Virus record (IMG/VR): IMGVR_UViG_3300005393_000209
DNA: 64,000 bases
Direction: 5' to 3' (one strand)
DNA from: a virus
The translations under genes were made by a program, and so were the position numbers. Below are positions 45,301 through 55,091 of the stretch, in pieces. The notes below the pieces were generated by a model. It did no database searches. It saw only the letters and a program-made list of their open reading frames with translations, and had not been told where the DNA came from. Each line of letters opens with the position of its first letter. Positions within the stretch are counted from its first letter, which is position 1.

Positions 45301-47849
45301 GTCGTCAGAATATCCCTTGGATAAGGAGGATTATTAATCCAACTGGATAATGCCGCTCCAAGATTAGTCAGAGACGTTGTATAAGCCGTTAGCTCCGTAG
45401 TTATATTCAACCCCTCCGCCCAATCAATTATCGTCTGCGACTCTGCTAGAAGCTGATTATACGCGTTCTCAAGGGAGTTGGCCTCCGCTAATGTTATTAC
45501 ATCAGAAGTAAAAGATTCCTCTACTTCGGAGGAGAGGTTTCCTATGCTTTCATTAATTCCATCAATCTCCCCATCAATATATTCTGTTAAAGCAGATGAG
45601 ACATTTGAATCGAGCTTGTTAGTTATTGCATTCTGTAAAGCAATTTTACTCGTTTCAACCCCTTGAAAAGCAGTTAAAATATCGCTTCTCTGAGAAGAGC
45701 TTATACTTTTGGGATATGATGTTTGATTTATCCAATTAGCTAATATACTCTGGAGATTCGTAATCGCCGAGGAATAAGCCGTTTTCTCAGTAGTGATTCC
45801 AAGAGAATTAGCAATAGAAATTATATCGCTAGATTCCCCAAGAGCTCGTGTAAGAGAAATCTCAAGGGAGTTTGCCTCCGAAACCGTAATATAGTTATCC
45901 GATGCGGCATTGTTAACTGAAGTCTGGAGAGATGAAATACTGTCAGAGTATTCCGAGAACTCCTCATCTACATAATCTTGAAAATCTTCAAGTGAAACCT
46001 TGACATTGTCGGCTGTTTTTGCGCTTATCGCATTTATAAGGGAAGCTTTACTAGACTCAACCTCAATAAATGCGTTTTGGACTCCTGAGCGCTGTTCTGA
46101 CGTTATATTTAGCGGGTAGGTAGTCTGGTCTACCCAAGGAGCAATCGTGGCTCCAAGAGCCTGTAATTTGCTCTCAAGCGTTGTTTTTTCCGTGGTTATC
46201 TCAAGGAGTTCGGCAGAATCAATTAAATCCTCACATTCACTCTCTAATCTAATAAAACTGAGCTTCAAGTTCTTCGCTTCAAGGGAGGTAATTTTTAAAT
46301 CGGAGGAAAAATCTCCTAGAGCATCATTTAGATTTTCTAAGGATTCATTAACGTCGCTTATCTCATTATCAACATAAGATGTAATATCCATCGCGGAGAT
46401 ATTCACAATAGCATCATTTATTGCAAGATTTAACGCTGATATTTTTTGTGATGTATCCTGAAAAGCATCTTGAATATCGGTTCTCTGCTCTTGAGATATG
46501 CTTTTGGGGAATGGCCCTTGAGTAACAGCTAATAAGAGAGTTTGAAGAGCATTAAGCGAAGTTTGAAGCGCTGTTTTTTCTGAAGTAATGCCGAGGGTCT
46601 CCGCAAGATTTATTATATCATCTGCTTCTCCAGTAATTTGCGTAAAATTCAGTGTTAATGAATTAGCTTCTGCTAAGGAGATAAAACCATCAAGGGAGAA
46701 TTTATCAATATTCTCATTAAGCGTATCAATTGTCTCGTTTATCTCGCTAAACTCTTCAGTTACAATCTCATTGAGACTGTCAATTGAAAGTTGTAACCCT
46801 GAGGCTCTTACTTCATCTATTTTTGAGATTAGCTTTGCCCTATAACTCGACTCGTTATATATAGCATTCCTTAATACTATCCTGTCATTTTCTGATATCA
46901 AAACAGGATAGGATGAAAGATTTATCCATTTATTTATTTCAGTTTGAAGTGAGGTTAGAGCATTTTCATAATCGGTTTTCTCAGTAGTAATTTTGAGAAC
47001 TTCAGCAATATCAATTATATCTTCTGATTCCCCGATAACCGCTAGAAGTGTTGCTTCAAGAGCTTTCGATTCATCATAAGAGAGATAAGCCGAGGATGAA
47101 AAACTTTCAATATCTTCACCTAGAGAAATTATTAAATTATCTATTGCCCCTAATCTCTCATCAATATCATCCAAGTCATGATAAACCCCATCAAACGCTA
47201 ATTCATTAGCAAGCGCATGATTAAATAGGGACGTGTCAAGGGTTAAAATCCTGCCGTTTGTATCAGTGACTTGATTTGTATATCCTTCCAAGAACCCCTC
47301 AGGAAGATGGAGCCACGGTTCGTCGTCCTCAAGCATAGAGTGTCTATATCTGCGCCAAACGTAACCGTCCCACATTACCCTAATGTCATGATAAACAATA
47401 ATATGTGCGGCTCCAATATGGTACCCCGGCCGCGGAAGTTCTTCCTCTCCCTCAACCATTATGTAAAAAATAATAGGTTTCAGTTTTTGTGTTTCTGTAT
47501 CCCAATAATAGAAGTCTTTGTCTCTTGCATCGTATATTTCCTGTCCCGCTGGAGGCCAATTCTTCCGAGGAACTCCCCAAATCTCAAAAGGATTTCTTCG
47601 TGGCAAAGGAATTTCATTAATAGAGTTTGCAAACCCGTCCATCTCAAGGAGCCGATAATCCTCTCCATCCCAAAAAACCGCAGAATACCAATCCCTTACC
47701 CATCTAGTTTGACCATAAAAATTCCCCTCAGGCGATTGCCACCCAAGAGCACGGGAATAAGTTTTTCCATCTCCAAGGAGAGGAGCCTCTTCCCCCTCAG
47801 GAACGTAATAAAATAAATGTCCCTGCTTTGCTAATTCTTCATCAAACAT
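42378..47849 (-). CDS. Large tail fibre/adhesin with five ~130-aa helical repeats, repeated beta domains and a CBM-like domain
   Basis: Repeat IT..EA..L.....E...II..A..L.IT.EKT; NGSFTGSTGWTLGSGW CBM-like segment. Confidence 0.7.
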   Translation of the reverse strand: MFDEELAKQGHLFYYVPEGEEAPLLGDGKTYSRALGWQSPEGNFYGQTRWVRDWYSAVFWDGEDYRLLEMDGFANSINEIPLPRRNPFEIWGVPRKNWPPAGQEIYDARDKDFYYWDTETQKLKPIIFYIMVEGEEELPRPGYHIGAAHIIVYHDIRVMWDGYVWRRYRHSMLEDDEPWLHLPEGFLEGYTNQVTDTNGRILTLDTSLFNHALANELAFDGVYHDLDDIDERLGAIDNLIISLGEDIESFSSSAYLSYDESKALEATLLAVIGESEDIIDIAEVLKITTEKTDYENALTSLQTEINKWINLSSYPVLISENDRIVLRNAIYNESSYRAKLISKIDEVRASGLQLSIDSLNEIVTEEFSEINETIDTLNENIDKFSLDGFISLAEANSLTLNFTQITGEADDIINLAETLGITSEKTALQTSLNALQTLLLAVTQGPFPKSISQEQRTDIQDAFQDTSQKISALNLAINDAIVNISAMDITSYVDNEISDVNESLENLNDALGDFSSDLKITSLEAKNLKLSFIRLESECEDLIDSAELLEITTEKTTLESKLQALGATIAPWVDQTTYPLNITSEQRSGVQNAFIEVESSKASLINAISAKTADNVKVSLEDFQDYVDEEFSEYSDSISSLQTSVNNAASDNYITVSEANSLEISLTRALGESSDIISIANSLGITTEKTAYSSAITNLQSILANWINQTSYPKSISSSQRSDILTAFQGVETSKIALQNAITNKLDSNVSSALTEYIDGEIDGINESIGNLSSEVEESFTSDVITLAEANSLENAYNQLLAESQTIIDWAEGLNITTELTAYTTSLTNLGAALSSWINNPPYPRDILTTDRTAIKNALNDVINKKVALTKKIDDLTIDGVTTQFNSRISEAMVEFVSKTEIGIFGSIKGSTGAIWVSGELLLADESDSVKNNYTVLNYVNNQIVPTYIQPNTEYYIYLANYKSPAFNIPGLPPSGDIPGTPARDFRGNLFLSQTPDYNGTLGSTSPGINARIVGKCETDGTAYADGGPFFLREINMSFIGKNFDLSDAFTEYSDFQLQYSDTNTLTFQKFDGTKGLIYVAGQLIQLTDGREVSRTDSRVTWNNGVIALDSSTISPDTLYHVYLCNNEDSYNFNSINPSTNRPYQEGELGYNASLDKRKKLFLSTKTPDHKLFDESYPGYFAREVGRIKTDGAGLFKYAADISSIRQLSLNPTHLDGLAECAFTVESATQFKIHKKKGTTGLIYVGGRPVQTYERTHANVHVVNTSDILYEYNELTPENPLSATSIHVSELVGIPIHVYLANKTCPETEPDENSVWGSLSNRIFCSLEEPVNGYLSANYSGNNARWLLTFKTIPSDMGNERVTNGSFTGSTGWTLGSGWSYNSDKQYVQHSSGTAALSQNVNVSAGMIIQIIFNLSVSSGTLTVSCGGDTSITYGVSGNHSAFLSCLNTNSLQFIPSNDFVGYIDNVSVREALSGNFLGSIFEETIIGPEITIIDDNILSATNTWSSLKIQQELNNLTNKISAASGFDSQKQFGLPLKMEFYDSTRIRIYSTLSSGQTCSVILPNLAIREVTSGGVLQTISGSPSTFYYVYLYENSIEISTSPPETTYERLAIRGAGVLVGYLGLSASNTLAGNWNTFSLYGEPERTWSANITTYNNPSISLPGIVIPPNKQATASRTGKSYYEGKWVCSYNGNFWGRCKDSVTLGSKTTNFVWASEYTPDENGYYISYTAPGYRRVLNINNPDYYLEGNPEGVSTPPFNVTISFNYPTLSQGVHTGNIILQHSSGAWNSWSSHGGYYHVVTEPLRYTSANGQIVVTRQAGSW

Positions 47850-48154
47850 TAAACGCTAACACCTATTGTTGGCCCCGGTAGCCCTAAATTACTTGGAACT
47901 GCCGATTCTGAACCATTAGCTTGCATGTTTCTATTAAATATCTCGAATCCTTTATGAATGCTTGCATCCGTGTCGCCGATAGGAATGGGCATTCCGGTAA
48001 CTCGCCAACATCCTTGTTCTCCTCCTGTTCTAATATAAGTCCATAAATCCCAAGCCACGGCACTCCCCGCCGCTTGTGAAGCGGCTTCACTACATCCGTT
48101 AGTTACTATCCCCAAATCACCCCCTGCTGTGGAGGCTGAAATATACTTAGCCAT
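47849..48154 (-). CDS. Cys/Trp-motif small protein, paralog 3
   Basis: True start MAKYIS at 48154 via TAATG coupling. Confidence 0.7.
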   Translation of the reverse strand: MAKYISASTAGGDLGIVTNGCSEAASQAAGSAVAWDLWTYIRTGGEQGCWRVTGMPIPIGDTDASIHKGFEIFNRNMQANGSESAVPSNLGLPGPTIGVSV

Positions 48155-48414
48155 TACGCCACGGGCCCCGGTAAATCTTTCAAGGATGGAACTGAAGGAG
48201 ATGTTGCATCCTGCGACATCCACCAATTAATCCTTTCCATCCCGGCATGAACTGAATTATACGTGTCTTTAATATCAATCCTGACTCCCGTTACTCCCCA
48301 ACATCCTATACCAATGGGGTCCCAAGCATGCGCTCCGCTTCCCGCAACACCTCCGCAACCGCTTGGGCCTATTTTAGAGTTCCCTCCCGGCGCACTTCCA
48401 AAATACTTAGCCAT
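48154..48414 (-). CDS. Cys/Trp-motif small protein, paralog 2
   Basis: MAKYF...GC...WD...CW...DT..S.H.G.E..N..M...VPS...LP. Confidence 0.7.
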   Translation of the reverse strand: MAKYFGSAPGGNSKIGPSGCGGVAGSGAHAWDPIGIGCWGVTGVRIDIKDTYNSVHAGMERINWWMSQDATSPSVPSLKDLPGPVA

Positions 48415-48713
48415 TATACTATCGCCGAAAAAGGGAGGTAGAATTGTGAGGGTACCGCGGGTTGACTCCCGTCAGTATGCATAGCAAAATTACAGCGCTC
48501 AAAACCCTGATGGTTAGAATAAAAGGTGTCATCAATTATTACAGGAGGTCCGGCAATTTTCCAGCACATCACCGCTACTGTAGGAATAATTGGAGGAGGA
48601 GTATCAGTAGGAAGGTCGAAGATAACCGCACCGTCCCCCGCTGCCCCGGTTGAGCAAGCTCCAACGCTTTCAGCAAAAACTCCGCTATTACTATTCGAGA
48701 AATATTTCCCCAT
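48414..48713 (-). CDS. Cys/Trp-motif small protein, paralog 1
   Basis: Same motif set; poly-G SD. Confidence 0.7.
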   Translation of the reverse strand: MGKYFSNSNSGVFAESVGACSTGAAGDGAVIFDLPTDTPPPIIPTVAVMCWKIAGPPVIIDDTFYSNHQGFERCNFAMHTDGSQPAVPSQFYLPFSAIV

Positions 48714-48735
48714 TATCCCCCCCCCAAAGAAAATT

Positions 48736-48912
48736 TTATTTGTTAATTAATTTTTGAAGTTTTGTCTCAATATCTTCTAACTTCTGTCTCAGAATCTCGT
48801 TTTCTTTTTTTAGTCTCCGGCTTATTACCGCTTGAGGAGTTTGTGAAACTCTTAGCCATCCATCTTTTCCTCTTGTAAATCCTTGAGGAGGCTGATTATA
48901 GAAATCTAGCAT
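48736..48912 (-). CDS. Small coiled-coil baseplate-associated protein (58 aa, not in track)
   Basis: Manual translation MLDFYNQPPQGF...LKKENEILRQKLEDIETKLQKLINK. Confidence 0.6.
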   Translation of the reverse strand: MLDFYNQPPQGFTRGKDGWLRVSQTPQAVISRRLKKENEILRQKLEDIETKLQKLINK

Positions 48913-49844
48913 ATATTAATAATCCTCCTCTTATCTTCAGGGAGCCCCTTTTTAAAGTTCTCCACATAGCTAATCATTACCGCATCTCCCGCGTTTATAT
49001 CCTCAACAGAAGCGCAATTTCTACCTCGCAAAAGGATATTCCCGATTAAATGGATATAAAAATCCCCTTTTGTTTTTGTAATCTCTTTTCCCTCAATATT
49101 AACCCCGTGCATATTTAAAATCCTGAGACAAACAAAAGGGATATCTCCTATTCCTGAGTATACCATTCCGAGAGATTTTACTAATTGGATATAATAATCA
49201 GTGTTTAAACTAAATAAAGAATATAAAACTGAATATATTGTTCCGAATTGATGCGTAACTTCCTGAGATTTAAACATATCAGCTACATCAGTGACATATC
49301 CTTCACTATTTATATCCCGTATAGCCGCCTTATCCCAAGGAAAGTTCCATCCTTCCGTCAGCATTGCCTTTAATAAATCTGCTAAACCTTTTAGGTTTCC
49401 GAGCTTTAAAAAGGGAATTCGAGGAGAGACATAATTTAACCTGAAATACATTTGCTCCGCTTCTTTATCTATATCCACACAATCATCAACTACAATAGCC
49501 GAGCGTGAGAACTTTGAAGCATCAAAGATATTTCTTTCCTTTTTGCCGCAAGCCCCAATCCAGTCGGAAAAATAAGGCTGAAACCTTTCCGGAAAAATCC
49601 CCTCTTTCCCTATCCAGTTTTCGTTTTGGATGTCATATCCATAATAAAAAACTGCATTTTTTCCTAAAACCTTATAGTTATTGGTGTTTTCTAAAGAGGC
49701 ATGATGTAAATACTTACATCCAAGCCCCTTATAATATCCCTTTTCCCCCTTACTTGTGCGGCCAGAAACAGGTTCCAGATTATCCCGCACAAGTATGGAG
49801 CGGATAGGGATTCCTTCTTTGTTATAAATAAGAACTTCAGTCAA
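48906..49844 (-). CDS. Unknown 312-aa globular protein in tail operon
   Basis: Long ORF, no recognised motif. Confidence 0.6.
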   Translation of the reverse strand: MTEVLIYNKEGIPIRSILVRDNLEPVSGRTSKGEKGYYKGLGCKYLHHASLENTNNYKVLGKNAVFYYGYDIQNENWIGKEGIFPERFQPYFSDWIGACGKKERNIFDASKFSRSAIVVDDCVDIDKEAEQMYFRLNYVSPRIPFLKLGNLKGLADLLKAMLTEGWNFPWDKAAIRDINSEGYVTDVADMFKSQEVTHQFGTIYSVLYSLFSLNTDYYIQLVKSLGMVYSGIGDIPFVCLRILNMHGVNIEGKEITKTKGDFYIHLIGNILLRGRNCASVEDINAGDAVMISYVENFKKGLPEDKRRIINIC

Positions 49845-49847
49845 ACC

Positions 49848-52800
49848 TTATACCTGCGACAAAACAAATGAGATATCCTGTATTCTTGGAGTCCTAACTT
49901 GGTTCTCAGTAATTAGTCTCAAGAAGGGTCTACATTGTTCCATCTCTGCATATTTAACAGTGCCGCCGGTTCCATTTCCTGTTCCAACAATAGCAGTCTT
50001 AGTAACAGGATGATACAAGGAGAACGAGTTCTCTGTTACATCACGTATCACAAAGGTACCATTTGCCGCGTCATTTCCAGTAACTCCAGCAATCTCCACC
50101 AAAGCATTCTCTTTTAGCGGATGATTTGTGCTCTGGATAACAACTGGAGTTGCGTTACTAGCCGTCTCGATAGTCGTTACCCCCGGAGTCGAGAAAAGTT
50201 GTTTATAATATTTTCCAGAAACCCATGAAGGGGTAAAAGTTGGGTCTCTTTCAATTTCTACGAGCGATTCTCCGTCGTCCCAACTGAAATAAGGCTTTAT
50301 GTCTACATCCTCGTTTCCATCAAGGCTGAGGTAGCACTTAACAGTATTAGGAAAATATAAATCATTATCCTGTTCCGAATTAGGCATTACCGCCCAAGCT
50401 TCATCTTTATGAAGCATGAACACAATCCCTGATTCCGGATTTATCATCTGATAAGAACCGCCAAGGCTTGAAACATCACATTTTAAATCAACTAGAGTAA
50501 TTAGCGTTGACATATAGGTATCAATATTCGGATAGAAAGGAAGCCACGTTTTGCTGTTATCGCCTATCATCTTTCCATCTGTCGAGTAATACCATTTCAC
50601 GTCAGTTCCCGCCGCTGCAAACTCTTGAACCGCAGTTACAAAAACGCCCGCTTGTATTCCGCTAATTCTCTGGAATACAAAGCTACATTCAGGAACAAAA
50701 TTAGATGAGTAGAGCCTAAACTTTAAGTCTTGTTTAGTCATCGGCTCCCAAACTCTATTATTAGGAGAGTGAAACAAGACGCCATCGTTTGTCTGTCCCT
50801 GAACTTTTATGCCCGTTTTAACATCAATATTCCCTACCTTAGCCGTCCAAACCTCATATAAAGTGTTGTTAAGGTCGGGGAATAATACTAATGAGAATTC
50901 ACCATTAACGCTGTAACCTAAAACAGAATCTAGCTCAAATCTTGTAGCTGCTGTTCCATCCTCAGAAATATTTATATCAGCCGCTTCTCTCCTGCTTTGT
51001 GCTAGAATTACAGGCCCCGGCTCCCCATTAACTGTATTCCTTACTTCAAGCCTTACGCCGAGAGCTTTCTCCGGGTCTGTTTCCATATCCTTCTTACGGA
51101 AGAATACATCAACCTCTGAGATGTATCTCGTGCGCTCATATATTACAAAAGTCTGAGCTAAGGGGTCATAATAGTTATGATAGACAGTCCTTGTTTCTTC
51201 CTCGTGGAATGTCTGCCTATTATAGGAGAAGGTAGGCATTCCAATAGTAGTCTCTCTCTGTTGCACGACATAACCCGCGCTTGAGAAATAAACGCTAGCA
51301 TTTGAAGAATCCTGACTTGAATAATGGAAAACTTCGATGGGAACATTCCCCGCATCGACTCCCTCAGGCATAGCAAAATAACCAGTGAGACGGCCAGTAT
51401 TGTCAGATTTTACCGTGGTATAAGTTATTCCACCAAACGTGAAGCCGTTAGTTCCTGAAGCTCCTCTTGTTGGAGGAGGAGAAGGATGTTCTGGATATAT
51501 GCCATGAACAAAATTGACAACTTTCCCTGCTACTCTAATAGCATGGTCTTGATTTGGCATAAGGTTCTGAACTTCAACCTGAATATAGAAAGTTTTTCCA
51601 TCAGGATATTTAGTTCTCACCTTCCCTGTCATCGCCAAACCATGCACGGAAGTTCCAAGGCTCTCCGTCATAGTCCCCGGAATTAGAGTCCTTTGTATCC
51701 CATCTCTCCATCTACGCTGAGTAGTTGAGCCTCTAGCTTGACTTTGGCCTCGATAAATAAAAGCAGACCTATTACGCGTATTAGCATAATAAGTCTCAAA
51801 CGCTTGGTCTACATCCCCCCAACCGTAGATAAAGTTTCCATACTGATATTCACCAGTATTAGGGTCATACCAATAAGCGTTCCCCGCTGCCGTATTAGCT
51901 AAGGTATTCCAAATTCTATTAGTATAGCTTGTATTCCAATTACTCCATACTGTCTCATTAAGGGAGAGAGCTCCTTGGTCTACAAGAGCATCAACTAATG
52001 GTTGAAGGTTGTTGTCGAAGTCAATATTAATTGAAGGCAATTGCTCCGTGTCAATAAAAGCATCTGAAGCCGGGAAGATGTTTGCTGTTCCTCTGTAACT
52101 ATCATAATCAAAATCCATCGCTAAGTTGACAGAATCGGTAGCATAGGGTTGTTCTAAGAATAGCTCCGGCTCATAGTCAATCATCAGGGTATTGCCAACT
52201 CTTTTAATCCCTGTGCTTGCAGAAAAATCAATCTTTAGGCTCCTCATATCAGGAGTCGCAGGGAGCAATAGACATTGCTTGTTAATGTCAATCGCCGCTG
52301 TGTGTTTTATTTCTACTAACTCATTATCAACTCTTCCGGTTCTCCGATAGTTTAAATCAAATTTTCCAACCCCTGTAAGAGCATTGGTATAGATGTTAAC
52401 AGCATCACTAGCAATATCACTGTTTGCAACTTCCTGCTCTAAATCAGTAGTTGCCTTCCAGTATTCAAGGTTGTCAAGACGCTTTAAGATAGGGATAAAA
52501 TCAGGCTGCTTTACTGCTACGGGTTCAACCGAAATTGTATGTACCCAATCTTTAGTATAAGTATAAGGAGCAATTCGCAGGATTGCTAAAGAAAGTCTCC
52601 CTACTTGGTCGTTCGGAATTGTAGGTTTTACTCCGGGAACTCCCTTAATAAGATAAAAATTCCCCATATCATCCAGCATAAGTTTGTCGATACGTGGAAG
52701 ATAATAAGAGAAGTCAAGTGTAGTAATCGCATTTGCGATGGGGACAAAATTAGTGTTTGTTCTAAAGTCCACACAATCCCTTAGAGTATAATCCCCAAAA

Positions 52801-55073
52801 ATTCCAATCCTGTCATATACATCGTAGGAATTAGCCGCTACATAATCCCCTTCACTTTCATGATACCAAATCTCAAAGGAGACAAAATATGTGGCACCGG
52901 GAGCGGGTTTTGTTGAAACTCCTGCCCAACCTATTTGAGCGTTTCCATGTCTATGAGCATCAGAATTAGAGATAAAGGTATACCCGGAATATGCAATTCC
53001 GCCATTAACCGCTGCGCTATTTACCGAAACTATTCTAATGACATCCTTTGGAATTCCAGTAAGAGAAACAGCATTTCCTTTAGAATCTCGTATTGTAGCA
53101 TCAACAAAGGAAAGATTATCTGCGTCTCCTGTTCCTCTGACAACTTTTGCATCAACCACATTGCAGAATACACGAGTTCCGCGCGTTGCTACATGCTGTT
53201 TAAGCCATTTAACATAATAGACATGCCCAACAGGAGGTTCATTCTCACTTAATCCTTGCCATTGGATATAATCGCCTTCCTTTATAAAATCACTATTAAT
53301 GGTATAGTCGAAAATCCCATCATGGCAATTTGCCTCTGAATCTGCCGCTCCAACTATTACTGCTAGATTGCTGGAGATAAAGTCTTTTGTAGCTAAGTTA
53401 CTCCGCGTGACAGATGTAACCATTTCTGTCAAATAACTAAGTGTTTCGTTTGTCCCCTCAGCAACCCCTTTAACAAATTCACTTCCAATATGATAAACTC
53501 TTGTTCCGTCGAAAGTCGTTGTTCCCGACTTCCACCCTAATTTTGTAAGCGCTGTTCCACCAAGAGTCAAACTCTTAGTTCCGATTGTGCGGATTCCTAC
53601 AAGATATGTTGAGGATGTAGCATCAACTATAATTGCTGAGGCATTTACAACGCTCTCAATTTTTGCCGCCACGAGAGCAGGAGTAGTTTCAGCATTTGTA
53701 AAGGTTACTGTATGGGTATTTCCTTCTCCTGATTTTACCGTGAGAGTCAGTCCATTAAGAAAATATGTACTGTTACAACAAGTCCATGTGAGATTATTAT
53801 CTACTACTGTTTCTCCGCTGGTCTTGGGCCAATTAGGTTCATATCCCCCTGATTTAAAATCATCTGCTCTATCGGTTACTTCGTATCTAAAATCTCCGAC
53901 TACGACAATAGCTCCGGAAGCATAAACTGTATTAGGCTCCCATCTTATCCAATTTTGAGAGGAGCCCTGAGCATTAAAAGCATCAAGGGTCGCGTCAGTT
54001 TCTCTTGCATAATCCCGCGCTTTTTCAAAAATTAGGCTCCGTTCCCCTTCAATAACTGTCTTGAAGCCATTAGGATAAGCTTTCCCTTTTTTGATAATGA
54101 GTTTTAATTTTGTAGGGTCATCCTCATAATCCTCAACCGCCATCGGGAACTTTTCAACAACAAATTCCCCCGCAAAGTCTCTAATTTTATCCGCAATATA
54201 TATGTCCAATTCTGAGCGTTCAGGGGCAAGGTTTTCCTTCTTAGGCTCTCCATCAATGAATTCCTGTACAAGAATTTGGCCGTTCTGGTCTATTCCCCAA
54301 GTAAAGTCATAAACAAGTCTATCCGCGCCTGTTTGTTCATACCTTGAGTCTTTTTTCTCGTCTATGTTCCTGAGTTTATCATCCTCATTGTGAGTGACAA
54401 CTCTTGGAGAGACTACTATTCCGACTTTTTCTGTTCCATTTCCAGTAAGTGTTACAATTCCTCCGGGAACTCGGACATATTGTCCATCAAGATACATGGT
54501 TCCGGGGAGAAATCTGTATTGTAAACCTGAAAGCTTTGTAGGAACTAATCCTTCGATAATATCCCCGTTTTTATGGATTTTATCCCCAAGATTTTTTATA
54601 TCCCTATGATACATCCATGTAAAATCCTGCAACTCTGGTCGCTGAAGGAACTTTCCATGATTCCAAAGGATTGAACGCCATTCTGGTCTTCCAGATGTAT
54701 CGGCAACAGGAGCATTTTCGGCCCCTAAAGCTCCTCCCTTATCATCAAAAATATTTATTGATGGATTACAGGTTCCTAGAAGTTTAAAAACGCCTCCATC
54801 ATTTTTTTTCCAGATGCGTATTAGTCTAGCTTCCGCTGGAACTTGTTCAACTGATAAGCGTATGAAATTGACAGAAGAAAGGATAGAATTCCCTTGAATA
54901 TCTAAAGCTTCACTTGGAAGCGTTTCACCCACATTTGTTACAAATGATGCTTTGTAACTATATACAACTTCTCCGGGTTCTCCGTGGACAACTCCTTTTA
55001 TTACCGGGGAAGCTACATAGTCACTAGCCCGCAAGTTATATTCGTACATTTTCGCATCTAAGATGCCCGCCAT
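49848..55073 (-). CDS. Large baseplate/adsorption protein (DUF4815/VrlC-like)
   Basis: FLQ.PELQ, GADRL, YYLPRID, DPLAQTF, QDLKF motifs. Confidence 0.8.
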   Translation of the reverse strand: MAGILDAKMYEYNLRASDYVASPVIKGVVHGEPGEVVYSYKASFVTNVGETLPSEALDIQGNSILSSVNFIRLSVEQVPAEARLIRIWKKNDGGVFKLLGTCNPSINIFDDKGGALGAENAPVADTSGRPEWRSILWNHGKFLQRPELQDFTWMYHRDIKNLGDKIHKNGDIIEGLVPTKLSGLQYRFLPGTMYLDGQYVRVPGGIVTLTGNGTEKVGIVVSPRVVTHNEDDKLRNIDEKKDSRYEQTGADRLVYDFTWGIDQNGQILVQEFIDGEPKKENLAPERSELDIYIADKIRDFAGEFVVEKFPMAVEDYEDDPTKLKLIIKKGKAYPNGFKTVIEGERSLIFEKARDYARETDATLDAFNAQGSSQNWIRWEPNTVYASGAIVVVGDFRYEVTDRADDFKSGGYEPNWPKTSGETVVDNNLTWTCCNSTYFLNGLTLTVKSGEGNTHTVTFTNAETTPALVAAKIESVVNASAIIVDATSSTYLVGIRTIGTKSLTLGGTALTKLGWKSGTTTFDGTRVYHIGSEFVKGVAEGTNETLSYLTEMVTSVTRSNLATKDFISSNLAVIVGAADSEANCHDGIFDYTINSDFIKEGDYIQWQGLSENEPPVGHVYYVKWLKQHVATRGTRVFCNVVDAKVVRGTGDADNLSFVDATIRDSKGNAVSLTGIPKDVIRIVSVNSAAVNGGIAYSGYTFISNSDAHRHGNAQIGWAGVSTKPAPGATYFVSFEIWYHESEGDYVAANSYDVYDRIGIFGDYTLRDCVDFRTNTNFVPIANAITTLDFSYYLPRIDKLMLDDMGNFYLIKGVPGVKPTIPNDQVGRLSLAILRIAPYTYTKDWVHTISVEPVAVKQPDFIPILKRLDNLEYWKATTDLEQEVANSDIASDAVNIYTNALTGVGKFDLNYRRTGRVDNELVEIKHTAAIDINKQCLLLPATPDMRSLKIDFSASTGIKRVGNTLMIDYEPELFLEQPYATDSVNLAMDFDYDSYRGTANIFPASDAFIDTEQLPSINIDFDNNLQPLVDALVDQGALSLNETVWSNWNTSYTNRIWNTLANTAAGNAYWYDPNTGEYQYGNFIYGWGDVDQAFETYYANTRNRSAFIYRGQSQARGSTTQRRWRDGIQRTLIPGTMTESLGTSVHGLAMTGKVRTKYPDGKTFYIQVEVQNLMPNQDHAIRVAGKVVNFVHGIYPEHPSPPPTRGASGTNGFTFGGITYTTVKSDNTGRLTGYFAMPEGVDAGNVPIEVFHYSSQDSSNASVYFSSAGYVVQQRETTIGMPTFSYNRQTFHEEETRTVYHNYYDPLAQTFVIYERTRYISEVDVFFRKKDMETDPEKALGVRLEVRNTVNGEPGPVILAQSRREAADINISEDGTAATRFELDSVLGYSVNGEFSLVLFPDLNNTLYEVWTAKVGNIDVKTGIKVQGQTNDGVLFHSPNNRVWEPMTKQDLKFRLYSSNFVPECSFVFQRISGIQAGVFVTAVQEFAAAGTDVKWYYSTDGKMIGDNSKTWLPFYPNIDTYMSTLITLVDLKCDVSSLGGSYQMINPESGIVFMLHKDEAWAVMPNSEQDNDLYFPNTVKCYLSLDGNEDVDIKPYFSWDDGESLVEIERDPTFTPSWVSGKYYKQLFSTPGVTTIETASNATPVVIQSTNHPLKENALVEIAGVTGNDAANGTFVIRDVTENSFSLYHPVTKTAIVGTGNGTGGTVKYAEMEQCRPFLRLITENQVRTPRIQDISFVLSQV

Positions 55074-55091
55074 TATTCCCCCCTAGCAGTT

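Noticed and set aside
48767..48859. 30-aa ORF MAKSFTNSSSG..., resembling the N-terminus of the Cys paralogs
   Set aside because: Lies out of frame inside a more plausible 58-aa coiled-coil gene and lacks the conserved Cys/Trp motifs
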